This document shows, in pieces, positions 63,711 to 64,000 of a DNA stretch of 64,000 nt. Source of the DNA: Haliotis rufescens (taxonomy: Eukaryota). The notes under the pieces were generated by a model. That model made no database searches, was not told where the DNA came from, and saw only the letters and a program-made list of their open reading frames with translations. Location of the stretch: assembly GCF_023055435.1 (NCBI RefSeq), contig NW_025963835.1, positions 27,466,001-27,530,000 of the forward strand. The letters run 5' to 3'. Position 1 is the stretch's first letter. The number at the start of each line of letters is the position of its first letter. The position numbers and the translations under genes are program-made.

Positions 63711-64000
63711 GTGGGTAGGATACTGTTGTGTGGCAGCTGAGATTGCTGTAAGTTTTCGTAGTGATAGTCAGTGGCAGGAAAGGATTGAAACACTGGTAAA
63801 ATCTTGGCTGCTGTGGTGGCCAAATTGTAACAGGAAATGTTATTAGAGTTACCTCCCTTTGTTGTTGACAAACATGGCAAGATTGATTGTTCAAGGACGT
63901 GACAGTTTCTAGAAGGATGTTCTGTCAAGGGTGATCTGACTTGTGTGGACTGGATACCTGTCATAAAACACCAAATCCCTGACAGCTTAAAAAATTCTGG

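Overview
AT-rich animal genomic DNA, almost certainly molluscan (the SINE repertoire suggests a gastropod such as abalone; this is inference). Two genes lie head-to-head with only 207 bp between their start codons. On the + strand are the first six coding exons of MKS1 (ciliary transition-zone protein, 57849-63710, continuing beyond the window). On the - strand is a large-intron gene whose N-terminus (MSGRQPNDR|GLSGPPPHDASSPYKRVRPSSP...QGAYAYPQEQSAPRY) is tentatively NCoR/SMRT-like; it has a candidate alternative first exon at about 34.1 kb. The rest is intronic and holds about 48 copies or fragments of five short non-LTR retroposon families, several DNA-transposon MITEs (pogo-like, hAT-like, Harbinger-like and a 5-bp-TSD family) and about 12 minisatellites. 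Nearly all long ORFs in the supplied track are repeat artefacts. The main leads are: (1) an abundant retroposon with no tRNA head, a precise 5' end and a predicted compact pseudoknotted RNA module; (2) a strong sense-strand bias of retroposons that flips at the bidirectional promoter; (3) a 92-bp templated copy between loci 15 kb apart whose direction can be read; (4) a uORF relay in the alternative first exon. All homology calls come from recall and manual reading, not database searches.
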